Source: an uncultured virus (IMG/VR IMGVR_UViG_3300027303_000001)
Lineage: Duplodnaviria; Heunggongvirae; Uroviricota; Caudoviricetes
Strand: one strand, 5' to 3'
Virus record (IMG/VR): IMGVR_UViG_3300027303_000001
Length of the DNA stretch: 64,000 bases
In this document: piece after piece, positions 45,386-53,950 of the stretch
How the letters are laid out: every line of letters starts with the position of its first letter
Numbering within the stretch: position 1 is the stretch's first letter
Program-made: the position numbers and the translations under genes
Notes under the pieces: model-generated
What the model was told of the DNA's origin: nothing
Seen by the model: the letters and a program-made list of their open reading frames with translations, nothing else
Database searches by the model: none

Positions 45386-45615
45386 GCCTGTTCACCTGGA
45401 AATGCTTCAGTCCCGTAAGAGGCTGCCAGCTCAATGAATACCCCGACGCGGCGCCCGCTCTCCGCCAGGAACTGGGCCCGGCCAAGCGCCTGCTTTTCGC
45501 GGCTGTACAGCTCGTGCCCGCAGGTCCAATGCTTTCCGTCGTCGTCCATCATGACTACAAGGAAACGATACGGCGTTTCATCGGGGTCCGTTTCTTCCAA
45601 CTTCCATTTGCTCAT
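45382..45615 (-). CDS. Hypothetical protein
   Basis: MSKWKLEETD...GEQA; ATGA-coupled. Confidence 0.55.
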   Translation of the reverse strand: MSKWKLEETDPDETPYRFLVVMMDDDGKHWTCGHELYSREKQALGRAQFLAESGRRVGVFIELAASYGTEAFPGEQA

Positions 45616-45794
45616 GCCTGTTCGCCTTCGAAAATGAAGCATTCGATCCAGAAGTCGATCGCGAAGCCCACACCGAACACCAGCGCCGGGAGCCACGACA
45701 CGCCATCGGTAAACAGGTTCATTGCCAGCGTTGCGGCGCAACCTGCGGCGAACAGCGACGAAAAGTCGCTCGGTGGAACTGGTGTAGTGCTCAT
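45612..45794 (-). CDS. Small two-TM membrane protein
   Basis: Two hydrophobic segments; ATGA-coupled. Confidence 0.55.
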   Translation of the reverse strand: MSTTPVPPSDFSSLFAAGCAATLAMNLFTDGVSWLPALVFGVGFAIDFWIECFIFEGEQA

Positions 45795-45946
45795 GCTTGC
45801 CCCTTGATCTTCCCGATGTACTGTTTAGCCGCCAGCAGACTGGCGCATTCTTTGGTCCCGGTGCCGTGGCTCAGGCCTGTGATCCGCACGTTGGCGCGGT
45901 CGCAGTAGCCGTGGATCGGGAAGCCTTTGTAAAAGAGTGTCCACAT
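45791..45946 (-). CDS. Small hypothetical protein (51 aa, not in the ORF track)
   Basis: MWTLFYKGFPIHG...SLLAAKQYIGKIKGQA*; GGAG RBS and ATGA overlap. Confidence 0.55.
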   Translation of the reverse strand: MWTLFYKGFPIHGYCDRANVRITGLSHGTGTKECASLLAAKQYIGKIKGQA

Positions 45947-45949
45947 GGT

Positions 45950-46162
45950 TCAGCTCCACTGAAAACCAACGGTGTTTGGGTAGTAGGTGACCTTGCGACG
46001 TGTACCGCTGTAGTCGCTGTATTGGACGCGATAGGCGTAGTTTTCGGGCGCCAACTGGTTGTTGGAGTAGTCCATCACCTTGAACGTCACTCGCCCGTCC
46101 CCCATGATTTCGTGCTTACGCAGTTCGTCTAGAACTTGCTCTTTTGTCAGTAGATGGCTCAT
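45950..46162 (-). CDS. Hypothetical protein
   Basis: GAGG RBS, then MSHLLTKEQV. Confidence 0.55.
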   Translation of the reverse strand: MSHLLTKEQVLDELRKHEIMGDGRVTFKVMDYSNNQLAPENYAYRVQYSDYSGTRRKVTYYPNTVGFQWS

Positions 46163-46177
46163 GTAGCACCTCAAAAT

Positions 46178-46192
46178 TCACGACTGTCGTGA
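46178..46192. promoter_or_regulatory. TCACGACWGTCGTGA palindrome, copy 5 (intergenic, upstream of an RBS)
   Basis: TCACGACTGTCGTGA. Confidence 0.85.
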
Positions 46193-46260
46193 TTTAGACA
46201 ACGCCCGAACCGGGCTCAGGCGTCTATTGTCTCTCTGACAACTGGTTGTGTCGCGTTTCT

Positions 46261-46800
46261 TCAGACCCGGACGACCTTGCAAACCACCTGCGGAAACGTA
46301 CGGTTCAACCAGTCCTGAAACGCGTCCTCGCTCAGCGGGCACTTCACGGTGTAGACCCAATACGCCCCACCTGGTCGCGACTCATACGGATCAGGTAACT
46401 GGTTCAGGACATGTTCGATAACGCCCCTGTTCAGCTTGTCCAGGATACTGAACTCGATCTTCCCCTCGGCGCGCAGTCGGCGTGTACGCTCCTCACGTTC
46501 CTTACGCTTACGCTCGCGGTATTCCCTGTTCCTGTTCAGCTCGCGTTGCTGCCAGTCAGGTAGAAAGAAAGCCCGCGTCACCGGCTGATCGGTCTCTATC
46601 CCCACCGCGTCACCGCCCAGCTCGCGCTTCAGCCACTCTTTCATCTCCCGTGTATCCAGCGCCTGTTTTGTATCCAGCGTGAACTCGTGCCATGAGGATC
46701 GACCCTGGAGAACTGACAACGTCCACGTAAGCCCCCGGCTCGTTAGCGCCTCCCCGACTATCTTCCCCCTTGCCGGCCCCTGTACGCGTACCTTAATCAT
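46261..46800 (-). CDS. Hypothetical early protein
   Basis: 179 aa with a central charged helix; directly downstream of a consensus promoter. Confidence 0.65.
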   Translation of the reverse strand: MIKVRVQGPARGKIVGEALTSRGLTWTLSVLQGRSSWHEFTLDTKQALDTREMKEWLKRELGGDAVGIETDQPVTRAFFLPDWQQRELNRNREYRERKRKEREERTRRLRAEGKIEFSILDKLNRGVIEHVLNQLPDPYESRPGGAYWVYTVKCPLSEDAFQDWLNRTFPQVVCKVVRV

Positions 46801-46832
46801 GTTCGTGCCCCCTGTGTAGTTGGTGTCCGTAC

Positions 46833-46861
46833 GTTATAGACCCACAGGCGCTGGGCGTCAA
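46833..46861 (-). promoter_or_regulatory. Strong sigma70-like early promoter
   Basis: Minus strand reads TTGACG-17nt-TATAAC. Confidence 0.75.
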
Positions 46862-47511
46862 GCCGTACAAAGTGAAGTTTGTATAGACGCTTCTTAGCCG
46901 CTAAGCTCGGCGTAAGGCTTACGTAAGACTTAGCTGTATATGGCGTAAACACCGTAGCGTATCAAGCGTTTCATACAAGGCGTTACGGATGAAACACAAG
47001 AAACGGTTGTACCGCTCTTCGGTGCGACTAGTACGATTTCTCCGCTGACTTGATACGTATGAAACGGCACTTACTAGCGCACGTACTAGTCTAAGTGCAT
47101 GATTTCTAAAGGGCCTAGTATGATTATCACGTTAAGTCAACTTTTTTTCGATCAGGCCCATGTGAAATTTAGCTATACAAATTAATTTGTATAGTTTTAG
47201 CTTCGTAAGGCGCCAGGCGGTGGCTACGTGGATGAAGCCCAGTAGCGCTAATACCATTTGTTTTGTATAGAGTTCGCGCGTGGAACTCTCATGTAAAAAA
47301 AGTTAACTTATTTAACTAAAAATACTAGTACCCAATGGATATAAGGGGTTGGCCTAGTACGATGACTAGTAAGAATATGGTTTTGTATAGAGAAACTACC
47401 TGGTGAGTAGAAACACTTGAAACAAAAAGGCGTAAAAAGCCCTCTGCTGGCTGCTCAGAGGGCTTACGTAAGGTATACAAATGCTTTTGGTATAGCTTAG
47501 CTAAGGCTTAG
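46862..47511. other. AT-rich non-coding repeat region (candidate origin or packaging/terminus region)
   Basis: No ORFs. Repeated TTTGTATAG, CTAGTA and CTTAG/CTAAG words, plus a 22-bp palindrome at 47173-47194. Confidence 0.6.
47434..47465 (-). terminator. Rho-independent terminator
   Basis: Minus strand reads AAGCCCTCTG-loop-CAGAGGGCTT-TTT, downstream of the 47512-48111 gene. Confidence 0.65.
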
Positions 47512-48111
47512 TTAAGCCTTCAGAAGCGCTAACAAGACATCAGAAGCTAAATCCATCATGGCAGAGATAGCGCTAAGGGCTTCCGGGTTGTTAACAGCCT
47601 GGCGCTGAAGCGCTTCTAAGCCTTCCATAACCGAATCCATAGCGCTGTTAGCTGGCTTAGCTAAGCTAAGGGCTTCCGCTTCGTCGTCTTCTGCTTCCTG
47701 GCTAAGCTTCTCGTCGCTGTCTACGGCTACCGGCTTAGCCTTAGCGTTCAGCTTACGGCAAGCGTCTGCTGCACGGCTCAGGTTCTTAGGCATTGGATCA
47801 GGCAGCACAACCGCTTTGAACACCGCCATGGCTTCCGACACCCTGTTACGAACGCTTGCCAGTGAGCGAGCCTGTTCGTCCGTAGTCTCAGGGTTCTCCA
47901 ACAAGTGCGCTGCTACGTAGGCATCCTGGAACGCTTCCCGTGCGGTGTCCTTCTCGACCAGTCCACGCGCAGCCAGCGCCAAGGTCAACAGCTTGGTGGA
48001 CGCGGACGACTCCGCTTTGGCAGCGGCGATCAGGTCAGAGCGCCAGGCTTGGATCGAGAACTTGGCGAGGGTGTTGTCTACAGCGGTCAGTTTACGGGCA
48101 GTGGTAGCCAT
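47512..48111 (-). CDS. Hypothetical Ala-rich helical early protein
   Basis: 199 aa; GGAG RBS; has its own putative promoter and terminator. Confidence 0.7.
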   Translation of the reverse strand: MATTARKLTAVDNTLAKFSIQAWRSDLIAAAKAESSASTKLLTLALAARGLVEKDTAREAFQDAYVAAHLLENPETTDEQARSLASVRNRVSEAMAVFKAVVLPDPMPKNLSRAADACRKLNAKAKPVAVDSDEKLSQEAEDDEAEALSLAKPANSAMDSVMEGLEALQRQAVNNPEALSAISAMMDLASDVLLALLKA

Positions 48112-48208
48112 GTCGTTACTCCAAAGTGCGTTGCGCCGTGCCTAAGTGCAGAGCGTGAGCCGATCTTAGCACAACCGTTTCAAGCGTGTCGTCCGTATCA
48201 ACTCCAAA

Positions 48209-48223
48209 TCACGACAGTCGTGA
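48209..48223. promoter_or_regulatory. TCACGACWGTCGTGA palindrome, copy 6 (intergenic, divergent control region)
   Basis: TCACGACAGTCGTGA. Confidence 0.85.
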
Positions 48224-48430
48224 ACGCCAGGGCAGGCACTCCCAGAGAGAAAAGGATTCTTTCGGCCTAGCCAGGGCGGGCGTGGGGGCTGGGGCGCAAC
48301 GACGTTAAGCCTTACCTACTACGCCAATATGACGAACCCTCATTTTCTAGTGTATAGCTACTAAACACCCCGCAAGCTAATTTTATGCCAACTTAGCAGC
48401 CCTCTCTAAAATATTTTCCCGTAAAAATTC

Positions 48431-48459
48431 TTGACCCTCACGTAGCCGAACGCTATCTT
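48431..48459 (+). promoter_or_regulatory. Sigma70-like promoter upstream of the tRNA cluster
   Basis: TTGACC-17nt-TATCTT with an A/T-rich upstream element. Confidence 0.6.
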
Positions 48460-48569
48460 GCGCTGACCAAAACCTTCCGTCTCCTTGACAGTGCCGGAAC
48501 GCAGCGGTCGCGAAGCCCTGTTGCAAGTCGCCCATGCTCCCTGGCGCGTCAGGGCTAAGCTCTAATTCT

Positions 48570-48646
48570 AGCGTGGTGGAGAAGTGGTCTATCTCGTTGG
48601 CCTCATAAGCCAAAAATCCCGGGTTCGAATCCTGGCCTCGCTACCA
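48570..48646 (+). tRNA. tRNA-Met(CAT), initiator-like D arm
   Basis: Acceptor AGCGTGG/CCTCGCT, anticodon arm TTGGC-CTCATAA-GCCAA, GGTTCGAATCC and encoded ACCA. Confidence 0.88.
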
Positions 48647-48653
48647 GTTCCAA

Positions 48654-48727
48654 GCGGAGGTAGTTAAGTGGCTTAACCTCAGCCTTCCAAGCTGATGACG
48701 CCGGTTCGATTCCGGCCCGCCGCTCCA
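48654..48727 (+). tRNA. tRNA-Gly(TCC)
   Basis: Anticodon arm TCAGC-CTTCCAA-GCTGA, GGTTCGATTCC and a TCCA end. Confidence 0.92.
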
Positions 48728-48732
48728 GCCAC

Positions 48733-48809
48733 TGGACCGAAGCATTGATCGGTTGATGCTCTCGGCTCATAACCGAGGGAAGAGGGTTCGAGTCCCTACG
48801 GTCCAACCA
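48733..48809 (+). tRNA. tRNA with CAT anticodon (Met elongator or Ile2)
   Basis: Acceptor TGGACCG/CGGTCCA, anticodon arm CTCGG-CTCATAA-CCGAG, GGTTCGAGTCC and ACCA. Confidence 0.88.
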
Positions 48810-48872
48810 CTCGCCACGCCGATCAAACCGCAGTACCCTCTGGCCCAGTGTATCAACCTCGGGCCGACCCTC

Positions 48873-51104
48873 ATGCTACCCATCCGCCGTTCTACCTCCG
48901 CGTCTGCCAGCTGGTTGGTACGTCATGTCGAGAACATGGCCCGCAAGCTCGGCAACAGCAAGCTCGCCGGTGGCGCCAGCCGCAAGATCCTCGAAGGCTA
49001 CCTGCTCGAAGCGCGCAAGAACGGCAAGGTCCTCAAGGCCACGATCCTCGACCTGCCGGCGTTCCTGCTGCTAGTCGGTCGGTATATCCCGGAAAACCTG
49101 CCGTTCAACCGTGACCAGTCGTTCGTTCAGACCCTGAACCAGGGGCGCGACGCGTACATGCCGGGGAAACTCACTGAAGTTCTGGACCCACGTCTCGAGC
49201 CGTTGGTACTGGCCGGGCCGTTGAACACCGTGCGTTTGGGTGTGCCGACGGGCGAGGAGAGCGTGAGTCCGACCCGGTACTGGGGACTTGGCGTGCCGTT
49301 CACCGGTGTGGGGATGACCCATGTGTACTCAGCGATCCGCGGGGGCGTAGACCGATGGCCCATGAGCTACGCGATCAACGGGGAACCGTTCGTGTGGAGG
49401 CTGGTGATCGAGGCGCCGACGGTGGTTCGGTGGGTGACAACGGACGGGGAGACGGTACAGACGCCCCAGGATCCTCAGTCGGCGGCGAGTGGCTGGACGC
49501 TGGAGATCGGCGAGCAGGCGCTCAACGGCGGGGCGACGGCGATAACGCGGTTGCTCGACGCGCCAGAGGCGAGTTATGAGTTGAACTGGGAGGCGGCGCA
49601 GTACCCGTGGATGGTGGCGGGGCGGCCGGTTTCGTTCACGACGGACACAGGGGACCTCGGGTTTCGTATCACAGTCGCTTGTCACGTGACGTACGAGGCG
49701 GCGGGGCCGTACTACTGGTACGACAGGGTAGAGCGGCCGGACGACCCGACGGGTGGGGGCGGTGCGTGGAGCGAGGGCAGTAACGGGACCAGCGACCCAG
49801 TCGGTGGGGTTCCCTCCGGGGCGAAGGGGTTGTGGGCGGCGGACATCGAGGTGGTTGGGCCGGCGGCACGAGTGGTGAACAGCTACCGCGTGTTTGGCGG
49901 GTCTACGGACCGGGAGCCGTTGCTCAGAGACAGGACGGCGTTTGGGGCGCTGGGGACGTGGTACCTGAACAACCTGACGTACCGGTCGCCGATGAGCACG
50001 ATCGAGAACGAGAACGGCACGCGGACGTCGATCATGATCAGCGCCACGTTCGTGGAGCGGACACCGGACTGGTATACGTTCGGGGCGGACCCGGCTTACT
50101 CGAGCAAGGAGTTCAAGGGCAGCCTGTTCGTGGACGTGACGTGGTTCGACAACGGGGCGGTGCGCCGGCAGAACCTGACCACGACGGACCTCAAGCGCGG
50201 GGTGTTCCACGATGATGTGGGCGAGGCGCCGTATAACGGGACGAATGTGGCGTTCGACATCGGCGATGCGGACGAGGACAGGTTCACGATAGGCTCGGAT
50301 ACGGACGGGACCAGTGTGGTGTTTCCGGTGTTCTCGGCGTTTGAGCCCGGGGAGTTGCCGCGGTTGCGGGTGTACGTGGCGACGCGGGACGGGGTTCAGC
50401 TACGCTACAGCGGCAAGCCGGGGTTCAGCTGGTGCATGGCCTGCGCCACGGGCGAGCAGATGATTTACAACTACGGCGTGGTGGACAGGCCGCTCACGGG
50501 CGACGCGCAGTACGGCGAGTGGATTACGCTGCCTGCGCCGTATGACCACGTCACGTACATCGGCAACAACCGGTTCATGTTCTATGTCTCGCACGAGTTG
50601 TCCGAGCGCCCGGCGGACAACTTTTTCTGGGCGCCGGCCGGTTCCATCGGCGTGGCTACTTACAATCTGGTCACCGACGAGGTGCGGCTCGAGGGCGTGG
50701 TGGACAGCCAGCTGGTGTCGAACGGCTTCGGCGCGGAATCGCCGTACACGGCCCAGCAGGCGTGGTTCTACGTGTCGGAAACCAGCGCCTACACCGTGCC
50801 GGTGTTCGCGAACTCGGCCAAGCTGGGGCGGATCGAGGTACTGCGGCCGGAAGGCGCGGGATACGACCCAACGGACGAGAACTCTCCTGGCCACCCGGCC
50901 ACGCTGATCGTGACGCAGGGGAAGGGACAGCCCGGGCTGAACCTGGAAGACTGGGACAACGACGACATCACACAGGGACGGACGTGGATCAGTTATGATT
51001 CGGGCAAGACGTGGACCCTGATCATGAACTACGGCTCGCCGGTCGGGGCGTTCCACGCAGGCAACGCAGCGCAGGCTCGCACCGAGCCGATCGTGAGGGT
51101 TTGA
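48873..51104 (+). CDS. Putative virion structural protein (beta-rich, BNR-like repeat)
   Basis: Start moved past the tRNAs to ATG 48873. Contains an SYDSGKTW Asp-box. Confidence 0.65.
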   Translation: MLPIRRSTSASASWLVRHVENMARKLGNSKLAGGASRKILEGYLLEARKNGKVLKATILDLPAFLLLVGRYIPENLPFNRDQSFVQTLNQGRDAYMPGKLTEVLDPRLEPLVLAGPLNTVRLGVPTGEESVSPTRYWGLGVPFTGVGMTHVYSAIRGGVDRWPMSYAINGEPFVWRLVIEAPTVVRWVTTDGETVQTPQDPQSAASGWTLEIGEQALNGGATAITRLLDAPEASYELNWEAAQYPWMVAGRPVSFTTDTGDLGFRITVACHVTYEAAGPYYWYDRVERPDDPTGGGGAWSEGSNGTSDPVGGVPSGAKGLWAADIEVVGPAARVVNSYRVFGGSTDREPLLRDRTAFGALGTWYLNNLTYRSPMSTIENENGTRTSIMISATFVERTPDWYTFGADPAYSSKEFKGSLFVDVTWFDNGAVRRQNLTTTDLKRGVFHDDVGEAPYNGTNVAFDIGDADEDRFTIGSDTDGTSVVFPVFSAFEPGELPRLRVYVATRDGVQLRYSGKPGFSWCMACATGEQMIYNYGVVDRPLTGDAQYGEWITLPAPYDHVTYIGNNRFMFYVSHELSERPADNFFWAPAGSIGVATYNLVTDEVRLEGVVDSQLVSNGFGAESPYTAQQAWFYVSETSAYTVPVFANSAKLGRIEVLRPEGAGYDPTDENSPGHPATLIVTQGKGQPGLNLEDWDNDDITQGRTWISYDSGKTWTLIMNYGSPVGAFHAGNAAQARTEPIVRV

Positions 51105-51105
51105 A

Positions 51106-52143
51106 ATGGCGTATCTCTACACAGCCGCGGTGAACATCACGGACGCGGCGCAGGTGGACTTGTTCTCGGACGTCGTGTTTGTGGACCTCGAGAGCGGCGC
51201 GTATCAGGCGAACAGCGTCGACCTGTCGGGCGTCAAGGCGTGGATCCTGGCGAATCTGGGGCAGAGTCCGCGCAGCTCCTCGATTGGGTTCCTCGGTTAC
51301 GAGTCAACGCAAGGGTCGGTCTGGGCGTACAACGGGTTCTATTTCGTGGTGGACGTGAACCCCAAGCCCAGCGTTCCAGCGTCGGCTGGGTACCGCGTGT
51401 TGAACCCGACGGATCAGCAGCAGCTGGGCTACGCGCTGGGGCTGGATGCGACGGGCCTGTACTTCGTCCTCGACTCGAACAGCGGGTCGATGATCCGGAT
51501 CGGCTTCGACGGCGTTGTCGCCACGGCTTCGATCGGCACACCGTTCACACGCAACCCGCTGGGGTGTCCGCTGCTCTGGCGCGACGGCACCAAGTTCCGC
51601 GCGTTTGGTCAGGTCGGTACCGACTTCAGTTCGTCCCAGCGCGGCGCCACCGGGGAGTTTTCGGTACCGGGGAACGGCTCAGGGTTGGACGGCGCGCGGA
51701 GCGCATCGGGGGTCGGGCAGAATCGTGGCACCCTGTTTGCCGGGTATTTCTACGGGTACCAACCGCTTGCAGGGAATGACACGACGACGCAGGGCCAAGG
51801 GTTCATCAGCGCGGAGAATCAGTCGTCCACGAGCTGCGACCTGAAGGCTGTGGCTACGACGTACGACGGGCAGAACCTGATGCAGGTTTTCTTGCAGACC
51901 AGCCTGGTGCGAGACAGCGGCGGTGGGTTCTTCCTCAGCGGCGTAGAGGTTGGCACGGTCTTTGACATGGAGAAACTGGTTATCGAGCAGTTTGTCAGGG
52001 AAGGGCGCTCGTATCAGTTTGGCGGGTTCGGTGGGGTGCAGGTCCAGGGGCTGCTGGGGGCGCTGCCGCCGTGGGAGCCAGATGCGCCCGGCCAACCGGT
52101 TCAGTTCTGGACCAACGTGGTACAAGCGGTTGAGAGCGTGTAG
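51106..52143 (+). CDS. Putative virion/tail protein
   Basis: 345 aa, beta-rich, ending FWTNVVQAVESV. Confidence 0.6.
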   Translation: MAYLYTAAVNITDAAQVDLFSDVVFVDLESGAYQANSVDLSGVKAWILANLGQSPRSSSIGFLGYESTQGSVWAYNGFYFVVDVNPKPSVPASAGYRVLNPTDQQQLGYALGLDATGLYFVLDSNSGSMIRIGFDGVVATASIGTPFTRNPLGCPLLWRDGTKFRAFGQVGTDFSSSQRGATGEFSVPGNGSGLDGARSASGVGQNRGTLFAGYFYGYQPLAGNDTTTQGQGFISAENQSSTSCDLKAVATTYDGQNLMQVFLQTSLVRDSGGGFFLSGVEVGTVFDMEKLVIEQFVREGRSYQFGGFGGVQVQGLLGALPPWEPDAPGQPVQFWTNVVQAVESV

Positions 52144-52193
52144 AGTGAACCGGCGCGCGGCCGCGCGATCCTAATCAGACACCCAAAGGAGTC

Positions 52194-52769
52194 ATGGCCA
52201 TGACTGCAAAAAAGACTGCCGACAAAGACACTGACAAGACCGCCTCTCCGGCACCCGCTGTTGTTGCCGCTGACGGCGCGCCCGTTCCGGCTTCCGGCGG
52301 CATCGGCGAACTGGCTTCCGGCCAGACCGATCCGGCGCTCAGCACCGAGACTGAGACCGCGACCGTCACCACCGAAGACGGCGACAAGGCCACCCTCGAA
52401 GTGCCGAAGGTTGCTGGCGCAGCAGCTGCTGTCGCTGAACGCGCCAAGGTCGACCTGCGTCAGCGCGGCGTCCAGCCACAGCCTGAAACCGTGAACGGCA
52501 AGTCCGTGATCGGCAAGAAGCTGAACGAAGCTGGTACCGAGTGGGTCGATGACCCTGACTACGTCGCGCCTGTTGGCGCTGTCAGCACCTTTTTCGATCG
52601 CATCGGCCTGGCATTCACCAACGAAGCACAGCGTCTGGTCGTTGAAGAACTGGCTCGCCACATTGGCATCGATGACGACGCTGACGCCAATCTGGTGACT
52701 CTGCCGGAAGGCATGTCCGCGGTGAAGTCGGTTGCCAGCCAGCGTCAGGACCTGAATAAACTGGGCTAG
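52194..52769 (+). CDS. Hypothetical acidic protein
   Basis: AAGGAG RBS and strongly biased codon usage. Confidence 0.65.
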   Translation: MAMTAKKTADKDTDKTASPAPAVVAADGAPVPASGGIGELASGQTDPALSTETETATVTTEDGDKATLEVPKVAGAAAAVAERAKVDLRQRGVQPQPETVNGKSVIGKKLNEAGTEWVDDPDYVAPVGAVSTFFDRIGLAFTNEAQRLVVEELARHIGIDDDADANLVTLPEGMSAVKSVASQRQDLNKLG

Positions 52770-52861
52770 GCCCGCGTCAGGGAAGCAACACAGCACTGGA
52801 CGCAGCCCCAAGGATGGGGCACCATCCTCTCCAGCAAGCCGTCGGCCCATGGAGAAGACGC

Positions 52862-53146
52862 ATGAAAATCCGCTTTCGCACGCAAGACACCCGTCGTTCC
52901 TGGGCTCGCAAGCTCAACGCCCTCTTCAAGCCGCTGAACCTCGCCGCAGCCAAACTGCCGTTCCGCGAAGTCCCCGATACCTGGTATCAGTGGGAGCGCG
53001 AACTCGAGTCTGTTCGCCGCGCGCTGTCGGCGACCTACAATCTGAAAGGGGTCGGCCACTTCGACGTGGCGTTCACCCGGCAGATGTGGGCGCGCAACCT
53101 GAATCGTCTGTCTGCTGCCATCGAAGCCGGACCGGTAACGCCGTAA
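52862..53146 (+). CDS. Hypothetical virion-module protein
   Basis: GGAG RBS. Internal repeat SWARKLN / MWARNLN. Confidence 0.6.
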   Translation: MKIRFRTQDTRRSWARKLNALFKPLNLAAAKLPFREVPDTWYQWERELESVRRALSATYNLKGVGHFDVAFTRQMWARNLNRLSAAIEAGPVTP

Positions 53147-53156
53147 GGAGCTTCGT

Positions 53157-53942
53157 ATGCTGGGCGACGTTCTGCCAGTCCAGATCCGGGTAGAACCGGG
53201 TCACCAGACCATCTATCGCTCCCGCGATAACCCGGTGTCGCTGACGTTCAAGCAGTGGAACGGCCGCAAGGACAGCCCGCTGGACTTCAGCAACATCACC
53301 CGCATGGTCATGGTGTTCACCAACGTCGAGCCGCAGATTTCGTTCGACTCGGACCTCATGCCGGACGTGTTCACGTGGATCGGCGCGGCTCCTGGCCAGA
53401 TCAAGTTGGAGCTCTCGCAGTTCGACTACCCCGCCTCCGATGCCGGCTACGAAGCGCTGCTGATCGCCTTCGACGCCCAGCACCCCGACGGTCAAGTCCT
53501 GAGCAGCCGCGAGGGCTACGCCAAGGTCACGTTCTCCGTGGCCGAGACCTACATCAACGGCACCCCGCTGCAACCGCTTCCTACAGGCGACCTTCAGTCG
53601 ATCCGTCGTACTGCCGGCACCACGATCAGCGCACTTCGCGTCCTGTACGAGAAGCAGGGCCTGGTCTACCCGGTGGACACAGCCACCACGGATGTCTTCC
53701 AGATCATGGGTGTATCGATCAGCAGCGGCATCGCCGGCGCGCAGATCGTGATCCAGACCGAGGGCTACATCGAAGACTCGAGCTGGAACTGGAGCACGGC
53801 GAACGGCGGGCTCGTATTTGCAACAAGCGGTGGCATACTGACACAGACGCCGCCTACAATCGGTTGGGACGTAGTGGTCGGTTTCGCCACCTCGCCGACC
53901 CGACTAAACCTCGATATGGATGAGCCAGTCTTTCTGGCGTAG
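53157..53942 (+). CDS. Tail fibre-associated protein
   Basis: C-terminal AGTTISALRV...GILTQTPP...VVGFATSPT domain. Confidence 0.6.
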   Translation: MLGDVLPVQIRVEPGHQTIYRSRDNPVSLTFKQWNGRKDSPLDFSNITRMVMVFTNVEPQISFDSDLMPDVFTWIGAAPGQIKLELSQFDYPASDAGYEALLIAFDAQHPDGQVLSSREGYAKVTFSVAETYINGTPLQPLPTGDLQSIRRTAGTTISALRVLYEKQGLVYPVDTATTDVFQIMGVSISSGIAGAQIVIQTEGYIEDSSWNWSTANGGLVFATSGGILTQTPPTIGWDVVVGFATSPTRLNLDMDEPVFLA

Positions 53943-53950
53943 GAGACAGC

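Noticed and set aside
45791..45946. 51-aa ORF (SLLAAKQYI) as another paralogue-family member
   Set aside because: It resembles TLEAAKTWV only briefly and lacks the E-[IL]-E tail, so it was not counted.
30452..48223. Palindrome copies as a CRISPR array or integron attC sites
   Set aside because: The copies are kilobases apart, there is no spacer periodicity, and no cas operon or integrase is present.
48383..48806. Minus-strand ORFs of 76 and 67 aa
   Set aside because: They are antisense to the tRNA genes and their promoter.
48753..48872. ORF-track start of the 783-aa protein
   Set aside because: It overlaps a tRNA. ATG 48873 is more plausible.
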